IMG/VR virus record: IMGVR_UViG_3300034158_000007 | Coordinates: 1-64,000 of that record | Direction: 5' to 3' (one strand) | Origin: a virus | Length of the DNA stretch: 64,000 nucleotides | Shown: positions 33,522-43,196 of the stretch, one piece after another | Layout: every line of letters begins with the position of its first letter | How positions within the stretch are numbered: position 1 is the stretch's first letter | Position numbers and translations under genes: made by a program | Notes under the pieces: model-generated | The model's input: only the letters and a program-made list of their open reading frames with translations | Database searches by the model: none | What the model was told of the DNA's origin: nothing

Positions 33522-35647
33522 TTTGGGTTTTCTTTACTCAGCAAATAAGCTGCCAATACGTCATCGAGCTTAGGACCCTTGAGAACCTTCTGAGCGATCT
33601 CAATCACGTTAGTGCGGCAACCGGTTAGGTTTACGCCCAACTCACGCTTATGGTAGTCAGAGACCCCTTGTACGGCACTTGTCTCCATCACCGTGGTCTC
33701 ACGGGAGATGTTTAGGATCTGACTCACGTTCGGGTAAGTAGAAACGATGTCCAAGTCAGCTACGTGTGTCCAAATCAACGACTTGTAGTTCGGTAGATCC
33801 TTAACGCACTTAATCCCGTTAGGACCCGCCATGTAAGTTGGCAGTGTTACGATCCAACCATCATGACCTACTACGTATTGATCGAGATCATGAACCATCT
33901 GATCCGAGCTAGTTCCGATCACTGCTGGATCAGGACGAGACAGATACCAGAAGTGCATGTCATCACACAAACGTTTCGGGTTCGAGCTAAAGTTCTTGTA
34001 GTCCGAAGACTTAGAGAACAAGCTGATCGATGTACCCAAGTCGTTAATACGCTCATCGAGTTGTTCCAGTCGAATGCTGTCGATGATGTTGTAAAGACCG
34101 TAACGTACTTTGTGATGCTTCTGCATCTCAATGTGCCATTCGATACCATTCAGGTGGTCGGTTTCTTTGAACTTCAACTTACCAAAGTTAAGCTTCATGT
34201 TAACCAGATAACCCGGATGCACGTTAACGCCCCAGACGAGTTCCTCAGTAGGGACCCAAACTGGCTCACGTACTTCTAGGGAACGCATCACTGTGTTCTC
34301 TTCAAAGTCGTAAATGAAACTAACGGTATCATCGTCATCGAAGTCTTGAGGGGTATCGTTCTCTTCGTCTTCTTCCAGCTCCTCTTCTTCCTCTTCCTCA
34401 GCTTCTAAGGATTCTTCAACCGAGGTAGTGGTTACAACGTCATCAGCAGGGTTACTAAAGCTCCAGTAAGGATAACTACCCGAACGGTCTGCGATCGCCT
34501 TGTTACAGGTCTTCATGAACGCATTGAAGTCAGCTTCTGTTTTAATCTCAGCTTCTTCATCAACCGAGAGTTCTTTACGCAGGATTGCATCCAACGCATA
34601 GCTTGGTTCTTTACCTTTAGCCAGACGGGTAACACGGTAAGTCGACATGGAGTCAATGCACTGGAACGAGGCTGGTGCTGTAACCCAGTGCCATTGGTCT
34701 TCTGGACCCTTAGACTTAGTTACGCCCGAAGCCGTTACCGACATAGCTTGGTCTTGACGATAGTGGAACTTACGGTACTGACGAGGAATGCTAGGATCAC
34801 TGAATACATCAGCTGGATTAATGCCGTAGTGTTCCAAGCATGCGAGGATTTTGGACATGTCGAAGTCCATGTTCCAGAAAGCAAAGAAGTCAGGCTTCCA
34901 CTCGTGCAGTTTACGCAAGCATTGAATAACGATATCCGCTGGAGTGTTAACAACCTCAACTTGAATGTTCAGGTTACGTGCTTTCTTCAAAGCTACCAGC
35001 TCAGGGATACGTTCCAGTTCATCCAGAGTCTCTTGTACCGGATCAGCTATATCACTCACCCAGTGTTTCAGATAAGCGAGGTATACGTGTTCTTTGTACG
35101 TAACGGACATACAGATAATCTGCCCGTCGTTCTCGGACTCATACACGTTTGTTTCGATGTCACCGCCTGCTACCGTGTTACGGCTAATCAGGTTTGGGTA
35201 AGCTTCACGATAGTCGTTCTTTAAGCAGCATACCGACGATACGTCAGCACCATACAGGTAAGGACTTCGAGCGAGTTGTTTAAGCCTTGGGTTTGGCCCT
35301 TGGCTATAATCGTTCAGTGCTCGTGCAATGGCTCGAGTCAACTTAGCTTGTGTGGTCTTGAACTGCTTAAGCTTGGACTTAAGCATGTAGTCTTTCTTTT
35401 CTTTGTACGGTCGTAGGTGTTCTGCTTTCTGTACAGCTGGATCAATCCAGAATGGACGAAGGTAGTTCTCTTCAAGCTTGATGACTGGGATACGTCGTTT
35501 GTCCTTTAAGTGGACAACCTCCTTAACGACGTGAATGTCATTGCTCCCACCAATCTCTGTTACGTGTGTAATGTGTTTGGCTTCAATGCCTACTACATCG
35601 TCCTTCGTGAAGTTATGCTCTTTAGCAAGTTTGATCAAATGATCCAT
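33518..35647 (-). CDS. Split family-B DNA polymerase, exonuclease plus motif-A part (phiKZ gp82 homolog)
   Basis: ExoI GDIET, ExoII FWNMDFD, CIDSM, SYALDAIL, ExoIII YNIID, motif A DLDIVSTYP. Confidence 0.9.
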   Translation of the reverse strand: MDHLIKLAKEHNFTKDDVVGIEAKHITHVTEIGGSNDIHVVKEVVHLKDKRRIPVIKLEENYLRPFWIDPAVQKAEHLRPYKEKKDYMLKSKLKQFKTTQAKLTRAIARALNDYSQGPNPRLKQLARSPYLYGADVSSVCCLKNDYREAYPNLISRNTVAGGDIETNVYESENDGQIICMSVTYKEHVYLAYLKHWVSDIADPVQETLDELERIPELVALKKARNLNIQVEVVNTPADIVIQCLRKLHEWKPDFFAFWNMDFDMSKILACLEHYGINPADVFSDPSIPRQYRKFHYRQDQAMSVTASGVTKSKGPEDQWHWVTAPASFQCIDSMSTYRVTRLAKGKEPSYALDAILRKELSVDEEAEIKTEADFNAFMKTCNKAIADRSGSYPYWSFSNPADDVVTTTSVEESLEAEEEEEEELEEDEENDTPQDFDDDDTVSFIYDFEENTVMRSLEVREPVWVPTEELVWGVNVHPGYLVNMKLNFGKLKFKETDHLNGIEWHIEMQKHHKVRYGLYNIIDSIRLEQLDERINDLGTSISLFSKSSDYKNFSSNPKRLCDDMHFWYLSRPDPAVIGTSSDQMVHDLDQYVVGHDGWIVTLPTYMAGPNGIKCVKDLPNYKSLIWTHVADLDIVSTYPNVSQILNISRETTVMETSAVQGVSDYHKRELGVNLTGCRTNVIEIAQKVLKGPKLDDVLAAYLLSKENPK

Positions 35648-35700
35648 TGCAGTGCCCCAATGAAGTTATAGAACTGTATACAGTAGGTCTGGTGAGTTTA

Positions 35701-35717
35701 TTCATACGGGGTATGAA
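35701..35717. promoter_or_regulatory. Palindrome carrying back-to-back TATG motifs in a divergent intergenic region
   Basis: TTCATAC-GGG-GTATGAA. Confidence 0.45.
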
Positions 35718-35866
35718 GATAAGAGCAGAAGGCTATTAAGCTAATCGCTTAATATATTTTAAAAATAAAAGCCCCCCTCCTTTGATCTTAGTGTAGTGAT
35801 ACATTAGATAAGGCATGGAAAGTATTCTTTAACACAATCTTTATGATTACTCTTAAGGAAAGCATC

Positions 35867-37129
35867 ATGTCCAACCTAACTATTTCCAATGAACTCTTAA
35901 TGGTAGGAGCTAAGTCTGAACTTGGACCTATTACTAAGAAGTGGATTGAAGACTACATAAAGGTCAGCGTAGATAACGCTGATCCTAATCACCCTAAGTT
36001 CAAAGAGCTATGCGCTCAATACATCAAGGACGTTAAACGCGTACTAGGTGTGAACATTGCAATAGAGATCTATGACATCCCTGATCTCATCATGGGTGTA
36101 CGTAGTCAGGTGACTTGGTTTGGACATCAAGGCACCAGGTGGTACAGAGACAAGAATTTAAAGATTGTATCAGAAGATTCAGTTTCCCTAAAGAAACTGA
36201 TTCAAGTAGACCTTAAGACCGGTAAGGTTACAGGTAGCTTGGCTAACGATCTCACGTACACCATGATCTTATCCCACCAGATGCTTAATGGATTCGGAGG
36301 ATTTACTGTTAAAGAAAATACAGCTAGTCTTCTCCATGAGTATGGCCACATCATCAATGGCTTCATGTACCTCGGTGACTATGTTTGGCTTAACTACTAT
36401 CTAACGGAAGGCATTGAAGTAATGCTGGGTCGTAAGAAAGACCGTGTGGAACTAGAACTCTACAATGACCGATGGTTACGTGAGAACGTACCTGCGGATG
36501 AGTACGAGAACTTCCAGGCTAACAAGACAGAAGAAAACGCTAAGCGTGTTATCTTGAGTGTGGCTAAGAAGCTACCTCGTCATCACCTGACGGAGAACGA
36601 GATCACAGCTAAACGACGTGAAGAACAAACAGCTGACATGTTCGCTACCCGTCTGGGTTACGGTCGTGATCTAGCTACAGCTTTGCACAAGCTGAATAAG
36701 TACCATGAAGAACCTTCCCTAGTGGGATCGTTCTGGTTTGGCGAGATGGCTAAGGTGTTCGTAACACTATTGTTCCTCCCATTCGCAGTTATTGGTTTGA
36801 TGGTATACGATCCAGCCGGTGGGGACGCCTACACTCAGGATGGTCGGTACGATGATCCAATGGATCGACTCGTTAAGATTCGACGTGACCTAGTTGCGCA
36901 ATTGAAACGACCTGGACCACTTAACAAACAAGGTTTAGTTGATGACATCGACGCTATTGACTCGATGATCAAAGAGTACTCAACCAACAGTTCCACGTTC
37001 GACGGTATCATCAACTTCTTCCGACCTGGTGTCCGCAAGATGCGGCAGAATACTAAGGTAGAAGATGATTTAGAATCACTCATGAATAACGACCTGTTCC
37101 TACAGGCTCATAAACTCAGCAAACTGTAA
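35867..37129 (+). CDS. Virion protein with a zincin-like HExxH motif (gp83-like)
   Basis: LLHEYGH plus downstream EEQTADMFA; AAGGA SD. Confidence 0.7.
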   Translation: MSNLTISNELLMVGAKSELGPITKKWIEDYIKVSVDNADPNHPKFKELCAQYIKDVKRVLGVNIAIEIYDIPDLIMGVRSQVTWFGHQGTRWYRDKNLKIVSEDSVSLKKLIQVDLKTGKVTGSLANDLTYTMILSHQMLNGFGGFTVKENTASLLHEYGHIINGFMYLGDYVWLNYYLTEGIEVMLGRKKDRVELELYNDRWLRENVPADEYENFQANKTEENAKRVILSVAKKLPRHHLTENEITAKRREEQTADMFATRLGYGRDLATALHKLNKYHEEPSLVGSFWFGEMAKVFVTLLFLPFAVIGLMVYDPAGGDAYTQDGRYDDPMDRLVKIRRDLVAQLKRPGPLNKQGLVDDIDAIDSMIKEYSTNSSTFDGIINFFRPGVRKMRQNTKVEDDLESLMNNDLFLQAHKLSKL

Positions 37130-37140
37130 AGGTAAACCCA

Positions 37141-37581
37141 ATGCGCATTGGTTATGAAATCACGCAATATCTGAAAGAAATTAAAACCAACGATGGCAAC
37201 GAGCGCACACTGCGCGCCATGATGGTGGCTAACGCCCTAGGTTATCACTTCCCTATCGACCCGACTAAGGGTGCTATCGATAATGCTGAAGACCATATGG
37301 CAGATGCACGTAAGGTAGTTGGTCAAATCAATGAGAACATCTCGTTGGATTCCCGACTGACCCTCGAACTCTTTAAGCAGGTAATGGCTATTCGTTACGA
37401 ACTGTTGACTGGTTGTGTATGCCCTTCGATTATCGAAGCCGCTATGCGTAGCCATACCGCAGACGTACATCAGACCACAGCCGAACACGCCACCGCACTG
37501 TCGCTCGTATCGAACCTTGAGTTCATGAAAGCACAGAACGGTATCCAGAGCGTACTGCGTTCTTTGAACACAGCTGAGTAA
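37141..37581 (+). CDS. Putative virion structural protein (gp84-like)
   Basis: 146 aa, AAAGG SD, synteny. Confidence 0.65.
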   Translation: MRIGYEITQYLKEIKTNDGNERTLRAMMVANALGYHFPIDPTKGAIDNAEDHMADARKVVGQINENISLDSRLTLELFKQVMAIRYELLTGCVCPSIIEAAMRSHTADVHQTTAEHATALSLVSNLEFMKAQNGIQSVLRSLNTAE

Positions 37582-37592
37582 AGGTAAAGGCT

Positions 37593-37898
37593 ATGGAAAA
37601 CGGTGATGAACCCATTCGACATCCCCGCATCACAAAAGCCTTCGCCAAAGCTTTGATCGTGAAAGAGAAGATAATCATCGACACTGAAATGCAGGTGGTT
37701 ATTTGTATCGTCAAACTAAAGAACGGGCACAGGTTAATAGACCATGCTATCGTAGCTAATCGCGGTACGTTTGATCCAGCCCGTGGGACTGTGATTGCTA
37801 AGGCTAAGGTCATCGAACAGATTATGTCTGCCGAGATGTACCAATTACGTACCAAGCTACATGAACAAAAACTTAAGGAGGTCGGCGATGCTGACTGA
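37593..37898 (+). CDS. Phage gp49/gp66-family small protein
   Basis: ICIVKLKNG...FDPARG...AKAKVIEQIM..EMYQLRTKL resembles the Phage_gp49_66 family. Confidence 0.6.
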   Translation: MENGDEPIRHPRITKAFAKALIVKEKIIIDTEMQVVICIVKLKNGHRLIDHAIVANRGTFDPARGTVIAKAKVIEQIMSAEMYQLRTKLHEQKLKEVGDAD

Positions 37899-39135
37899 AA
37901 CAGAAATTCTGGACACACAGGTTCAGACCCTAGATGAAGCGATGGACAAGCTGGCAGCTCATGATGAGAACCCAGTAACCGAGAACGTCGTCAGTGATCA
38001 GGGTGTTGCTCAGGCTGTACAGATCACCATGGAATGCCTCCGGGCTACCGTTGATCTTTATCACACGATCTCTCAGGAAGGCGTCTCAGCTGATGACGTC
38101 CGTGCGTTGCGTCATATCCGCGAACGTATGGCTCCGTTCATGACCTTGCAACATGCACCTGCTCTGGAAAACTACGAAGGTATGTTTACTCCGGGTCGGT
38201 CCATGATCAACCAAGTTGTTTCTCAGGAAGCTACTCTGGCTGAAGTAGGTATCACGTTGAAGGAATGGTTCTTTAAGTTCATCGACTTCGTCATCCGTTT
38301 GGTTGACTGGTGTCGTGGTGCTTGGAACTCTGAGACCGCTATTAACCTACGCCTGCGTCAGATCGACCATAACCTGCAATCGATGTTTAACGCATTCGAT
38401 ATCGTTTATAAGCGTGCAGCTTCGGTTAGCCGTGACTTCAATGGTGAGTTGGAGGCTATCTGGTCTCAAGCTCTTAAAGATCCTAAGCTTACCCGTAGCC
38501 CTGCTATGCTCTATGCTTTTGGTCAGACTGAGAATGCTGGTGTTTATAAAGACGCTAGTAATGAAGCATCAGATGCCTACCGTTGGATCATCATGGATAT
38601 CGCCGGACTCAAGCAACGTCTTGAGAAAGATGAACCTATGAACCTGGGTCATGACTACGCCGAACAAGTAAACGATGCAGCCTACCAACTGGAAGCTTTG
38701 AACGTAGCTGACGCTAAAGTCGACTACCTTGAGAAGCACCTGGGTAAAGACTACTGGCGTAGACCTAAGACACTGTTGGCGCGTAAACCCATTCTGCCTT
38801 CTGAGCAGATTGCACAGGTTCAAGATATCGCTAAGCGTCTTCGTGACATCCGCCGTAACGCTAACTTCGCTGACCTGAAAGATACCGATGCCCTGACTCG
38901 TGCTGTTGATAACATCACTGGTACTATGCAAGGCTTGGAACGTATCATCACCATCAAGCAAACGCTGTTTACAGACTTCTACAAAGCTTCCGCTACAATG
39001 GCTAACTTCTACATCCGTGGCCATGACCTGATGCTTCAAGAGATCCTGAAACATGACAACGCTGATTCCGCTAAGATCTTCTCCGACAAGATGTCTAAGT
39101 CGTGGGAAGACATCTGTGTGAAGATGGGTATTTAA
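37888..39135 (+). CDS. Virion internal head protein with a cleavable propeptide
   Basis: AAGGAGG SD; ALE and SQE motifs ([SAG]-x-E) followed by an amphipathic helix. Confidence 0.7.
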   Translation: MLTETEILDTQVQTLDEAMDKLAAHDENPVTENVVSDQGVAQAVQITMECLRATVDLYHTISQEGVSADDVRALRHIRERMAPFMTLQHAPALENYEGMFTPGRSMINQVVSQEATLAEVGITLKEWFFKFIDFVIRLVDWCRGAWNSETAINLRLRQIDHNLQSMFNAFDIVYKRAASVSRDFNGELEAIWSQALKDPKLTRSPAMLYAFGQTENAGVYKDASNEASDAYRWIIMDIAGLKQRLEKDEPMNLGHDYAEQVNDAAYQLEALNVADAKVDYLEKHLGKDYWRRPKTLLARKPILPSEQIAQVQDIAKRLRDIRRNANFADLKDTDALTRAVDNITGTMQGLERIITIKQTLFTDFYKASATMANFYIRGHDLMLQEILKHDNADSAKIFSDKMSKSWEDICVKMGI

Positions 39136-39137
39136 CA

Positions 39138-39174
39138 GCATAAAGCCCCTACCAATCGGTAGGGGCAATATGTC
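39138..39174 (-). repeat. CATA-hairpin-TTTATG repeat element between convergent genes
   Basis: Plus strand GCATAAA-GCCCCTACC-AATC-GGTAGGGGC-AATATGTC; 39133-39150 is identical to 24480-24497. Confidence 0.85.
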
Positions 39175-39177
39175 GTC

Positions 39178-42102
39178 TTAGATCGGTTCGAGTGTATGAC
39201 GCAACCAGTTGAAGACAATGTCATCCTCAATGGTTAGTTCTTGGTTCGGCAACACAGTAAGCTTCTTACGTACTGCCAAACGTACTGCCTCATCCTCTAC
39301 CGTGATGATAGCGAAGTTATTCGTGCCACCCAGACCAAAGGTCTCGATTGCCATTACATCACCCCCAGATGTCTCTGTGAGCTTTGTCAGGATATCGGAC
39401 ATGCTGATCGTACTGCGTTGTAGGTGGTCGTTGATAACCGACTTGGCATTAGCCAGCAGACTAGGTCGAATGGTCGGGTTGGTATAACCAGACTTATTCA
39501 GGTAGAAGCTAACAGTAAACGACTGATCCACAGGGATCGTTATTTGCTGACCCTCACGGATAGAAGCCACGGTATCACCATAGGTCGTAGTCGGGAAGAG
39601 GAACAACTCAGCCTCAGACAACAACTTGGCATCCAATGCAGCGATGTCGTTCTTAATCCAGTTAACGATTTCCATAGGGATCTCTTTGGCGTAAGCCGCT
39701 GCATCCCGTTCGTTAGCGTAATAGAACAAACCATCAACCATGAACAACGTAGTCTCATACATCAACTTACGGGGTGAGAGCAGAATAGGTTTACCATCTG
39801 CATCCAACATTGGATCACCTATGCGGTGAGCCATCACGGGATTACCCTGTTCGTCCAATACCGGATCACCAGCTCGATGCAATACTTGGTAATCCAAAGT
39901 ACCATCAGGCTTAACCACGATAATGATGTCGCCATTCGCATCGGTCGCATAGACGGTCTGCAAGTAATAGGCGGGGATGTTATGGTCGTACTTCTTATAG
40001 CTCTCAGAACTCAACACAGGACGGCTACGGCGCCACAGACGAGTCAGGTCGTAACCCAAGGTCGTAACCAAACGATCACGGTTAACGGTCATGAACAAAG
40101 CAGGTAGCAGATGGACCTGTACTTGCTCATCCAGCTCGTTAGGTTGGTAACCCGGTGTGATGGAGTTAACCACACAGATCGTTACGTCGAAGTTAGCTTG
40201 CAACGGAACGTAGTAGTTGTTCTGTGCATTACTGAACATCGTCATGTTGGTTGTACGCAGTTCATTATTGGCGGCGATGTCGTAGTTCGTCTCGATCTTA
40301 AACTGATACGTACGTTCACGCTCGGTCTTAGTAAACAGCGTGCCGTTCACAGAGGCCCAACGTTTCTCACCAGTTGGCTGATAACCGATTTGCAGAACGA
40401 TCTGACTGTCTTCCAGTTTACGGAAAGCTTCTGATTGTTCCAACGTCACAGTAATCACGTAACCCTTTTCGTCACGAGTGATGTTGTAATCACCGACAGC
40501 AACCTGCAAGTTAGCGGTATCGTTCTCACCCACAAAGATCTTCTGGGTAATGCTTGGGTTATCCAAGTAGTACGGGCGCATATCGAAGTTGTTATTGGTG
40601 GCATCCAACACGTTGTGAAATGGCGAGTAAACATAACGACTACCATTCATCTCACGAGCACGTTGTTCAGCACCCATTTCGTCAAGGCGCGCGATAGCGG
40701 CATCAGTCAAGGTGTTGACTTTACCATTACCGAAGCTATAAAGCATCGACGGCATGAGAGTCATGCGACTACCGTTGTCAGATACGTGCGCAGAGCCCGA
40801 GAGACTGTCCATGTTGAACGTAATCTCTGACATGGCCACACCTGCACCACTTACGACGTCTAGTGCCTTAGGACGGCTTAGGCGACGTGTAGCGAGGTAC
40901 TCAAGGTTCGTGATGTTATCAACGTTAGTTACGAGTCCATAACCACGACGGTCAAGTTGAGCTTGCAACTGAACGTTAGTGATTGGTACCTGCATTGGAC
41001 CCAAGGTGTTGTTGATCACTTGGTCACGCAATGTCTCAAATGGCATCTTATCTGCACCACCGGTGATCCGTTCACGCGCCAGCACTTGGCAAGTCGTTAG
41101 GGTATCGAGCGGAGCGGTGAAAGTACGGTCATCATCGATCGAGTTGAACTTAACGCTAAACTCAGTATCTTTAACGGTACCCAGATCCATATCCAAAATA
41201 CCTTGGGTGGTATAGATATCGATCCGAACGCTACCGGTAGCCAACCCGGTTGTAACGTAGATGGTTGGGATACTTACCTTGAGTCGATTACCCACCACCT
41301 TAAACACAACCGTTAGATCAGCCGGGTTATACATCAAAGCTGAGTGTGTGGTCGTGACTTCTTTCCAAGTGGTTTCATCGTCTCGGGAGATAAACGCACG
41401 GGCGTAGAAGAACTGGTCGGTAAAGACGTATTCAGTCTGAAACAAAGCCTCTGGGTTCAGGATGTCAGAATAAGAGTTAACTTTAAACTGAAGCATCGGG
41501 ATAGTCATCATCATCAAACGACGACGTTGGTTATCACGCTTAGAAACCAGCATGTCCCATTTAACGATGTTAGTCGACAACTGTTGTACAGGGGATTCCT
41601 TGTCCAGTACGTATTCGAGCGTAATACCACCGTGACGCATTACGGTCAATTGAATCGGATACTGCATGGTGAACGCAAGGCTTGGAGTTTTGAACTCAGA
41701 CATGCGTGGGATAACCAAACGCTTAAGACCTTGGTCACCAAATGGGACAGCCTTAGATACGATCTCGTCGTAATCCAAAATCAGTAACCACGGGGTGGAA
41801 GCGGGCACAGCAAAACGATTCAGGTAATCGTCATCGGACATGTGCAGGTAAAGATCTTCTTGTGTCTGGGCTTGACGAGCATAAAGCTTACCCATCAGTG
41901 CTTCAACTTCAGAGATGTTAGCAGCCGTCTCCATGCTACCACATTCCATCAGATACACGAATGGCAGTGTGCCATCCGGGATGTCGTAGGTTGGGTTCCG
42001 ATCGTCGGGGTTAACTTGTGAATCCAACTCGTTCAACATCAGAGTTTGGATCAAAGCGGGGTTCCGTAGAACCTCGTAAAGATTGTCTTTAAAGCTGCTC
42101 AT
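39178..42102 (-). CDS. Large virion structural protein, baseplate-type (gp87-like)
   Basis: 974 aa, beta-rich; IPDGT and GGADK motifs reminiscent of baseplate wedge proteins; synteny. Confidence 0.7.
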   Translation of the reverse strand: MSSFKDNLYEVLRNPALIQTLMLNELDSQVNPDDRNPTYDIPDGTLPFVYLMECGSMETAANISEVEALMGKLYARQAQTQEDLYLHMSDDDYLNRFAVPASTPWLLILDYDEIVSKAVPFGDQGLKRLVIPRMSEFKTPSLAFTMQYPIQLTVMRHGGITLEYVLDKESPVQQLSTNIVKWDMLVSKRDNQRRRLMMMTIPMLQFKVNSYSDILNPEALFQTEYVFTDQFFYARAFISRDDETTWKEVTTTHSALMYNPADLTVVFKVVGNRLKVSIPTIYVTTGLATGSVRIDIYTTQGILDMDLGTVKDTEFSVKFNSIDDDRTFTAPLDTLTTCQVLARERITGGADKMPFETLRDQVINNTLGPMQVPITNVQLQAQLDRRGYGLVTNVDNITNLEYLATRRLSRPKALDVVSGAGVAMSEITFNMDSLSGSAHVSDNGSRMTLMPSMLYSFGNGKVNTLTDAAIARLDEMGAEQRAREMNGSRYVYSPFHNVLDATNNNFDMRPYYLDNPSITQKIFVGENDTANLQVAVGDYNITRDEKGYVITVTLEQSEAFRKLEDSQIVLQIGYQPTGEKRWASVNGTLFTKTERERTYQFKIETNYDIAANNELRTTNMTMFSNAQNNYYVPLQANFDVTICVVNSITPGYQPNELDEQVQVHLLPALFMTVNRDRLVTTLGYDLTRLWRRSRPVLSSESYKKYDHNIPAYYLQTVYATDANGDIIIVVKPDGTLDYQVLHRAGDPVLDEQGNPVMAHRIGDPMLDADGKPILLSPRKLMYETTLFMVDGLFYYANERDAAAYAKEIPMEIVNWIKNDIAALDAKLLSEAELFLFPTTTYGDTVASIREGQQITIPVDQSFTVSFYLNKSGYTNPTIRPSLLANAKSVINDHLQRSTISMSDILTKLTETSGGDVMAIETFGLGGTNNFAIITVEDEAVRLAVRKKLTVLPNQELTIEDDIVFNWLRHTLEPI

Positions 42103-42115
42103 TGAAGTACCTATG

Positions 42116-43159
42116 TTAATCAGTGAAACTACGGGTCAGGTTACCACCAAGCTTGGCTTCGTATTCTGAACGTAGTACGTGCCATTCGAGTTCGTTGTGT
42201 GCAGCAACGTTGATATACGGGTATGCTTCGAAGTTGAACCAGTTGATCTCATTCTTCTTCAGCTTAACGGTAGCTGTACCACGTTGGTCATCCTTCATTG
42301 CCGGATTGAATTCTTGCACGAGTTCGTTAAACTCATAAATAAGGATGTAGTCGTAAATCGTCAAACCCATGCAGCGGATACTAAAGTTCAACTGCTCACT
42401 AACAACCTGATACGGTGTCTCTGAACCATCACCGGTGAAGTTCAAACCTTGACCAGTTGGAGCGTTCATGAACAGAGCTGCACCCGGTGCGGCCATACGC
42501 TGTACGAAGGTACGTGTGGAGTCCATTACCAACCGATAGACACGGATGTTAGCATCGTATTCGTTCAATAGTAACAGGTTTGGATAGGGCATAATACGGC
42601 CTTCACGAGACAAGCCCATGTAGACTTGCATCATGTACATCATCCATGTTATAGGATCTCCGTCAATGTTCCGGCAGGTCATCTGTAGATCGTAGGTCCC
42701 AAATTGATACGGGACGTCATCTACATATGACATCGCATCACGGTATACGCCTGGAGTAGTTGTACCCAAGTTCAACGTGAAGTCTTCCCAACCGGTAAGG
42801 CTAATCAAATTGTTAGACAGCAGCGGAATGAACGGATTGAGTGGGTCCACACCTGGACACCAATCATAACCCATCGTACGGTGTAGCTCTGGATCTAGGT
42901 AAGCACGAACTCGACGCTCAATACTCTGTGAGTTTGGGTTGAGTAGCATTTGTAAGCGCCGATCGACCATGCAGTTTTGTTCGGACAAGTTAAGATACGG
43001 ACGGGTGAAGAAAGTGTAACCATGGTTCTCTGTGTTCAGAGGAACAGCGTTGTTACGCCCTGTAATATTCAGGCCACGAAAGGTTTCAGATACAGCTTGA
43101 TCTCGTGGAGACAAACCCGTGTTCTTAACGATCTGATTGATGAAATCATTTAACGCCAT
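42116..43159 (-). CDS. Virion structural protein, tail tube/baseplate-hub-like (gp88-like)
   Basis: 347 aa; GYTFFTRPYLNLS, FIPLLSNNLISLTGWED; synteny. Confidence 0.7.
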   Translation of the reverse strand: MALNDFINQIVKNTGLSPRDQAVSETFRGLNITGRNNAVPLNTENHGYTFFTRPYLNLSEQNCMVDRRLQMLLNPNSQSIERRVRAYLDPELHRTMGYDWCPGVDPLNPFIPLLSNNLISLTGWEDFTLNLGTTTPGVYRDAMSYVDDVPYQFGTYDLQMTCRNIDGDPITWMMYMMQVYMGLSREGRIMPYPNLLLLNEYDANIRVYRLVMDSTRTFVQRMAAPGAALFMNAPTGQGLNFTGDGSETPYQVVSEQLNFSIRCMGLTIYDYILIYEFNELVQEFNPAMKDDQRGTATVKLKKNEINWFNFEAYPYINVAAHNELEWHVLRSEYEAKLGGNLTRSFTD

Positions 43160-43196
43160 TTTTTTAATCTCTTAGTCAATTAAAGGAAGAGAGAGC

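Noticed and set aside
34184-34567. Polymerase insertion as an intein or intron
   Set aside because: No His-Asn C-terminal splice motif, no LAGLIDADG/HNH motif, and the frame is continuous
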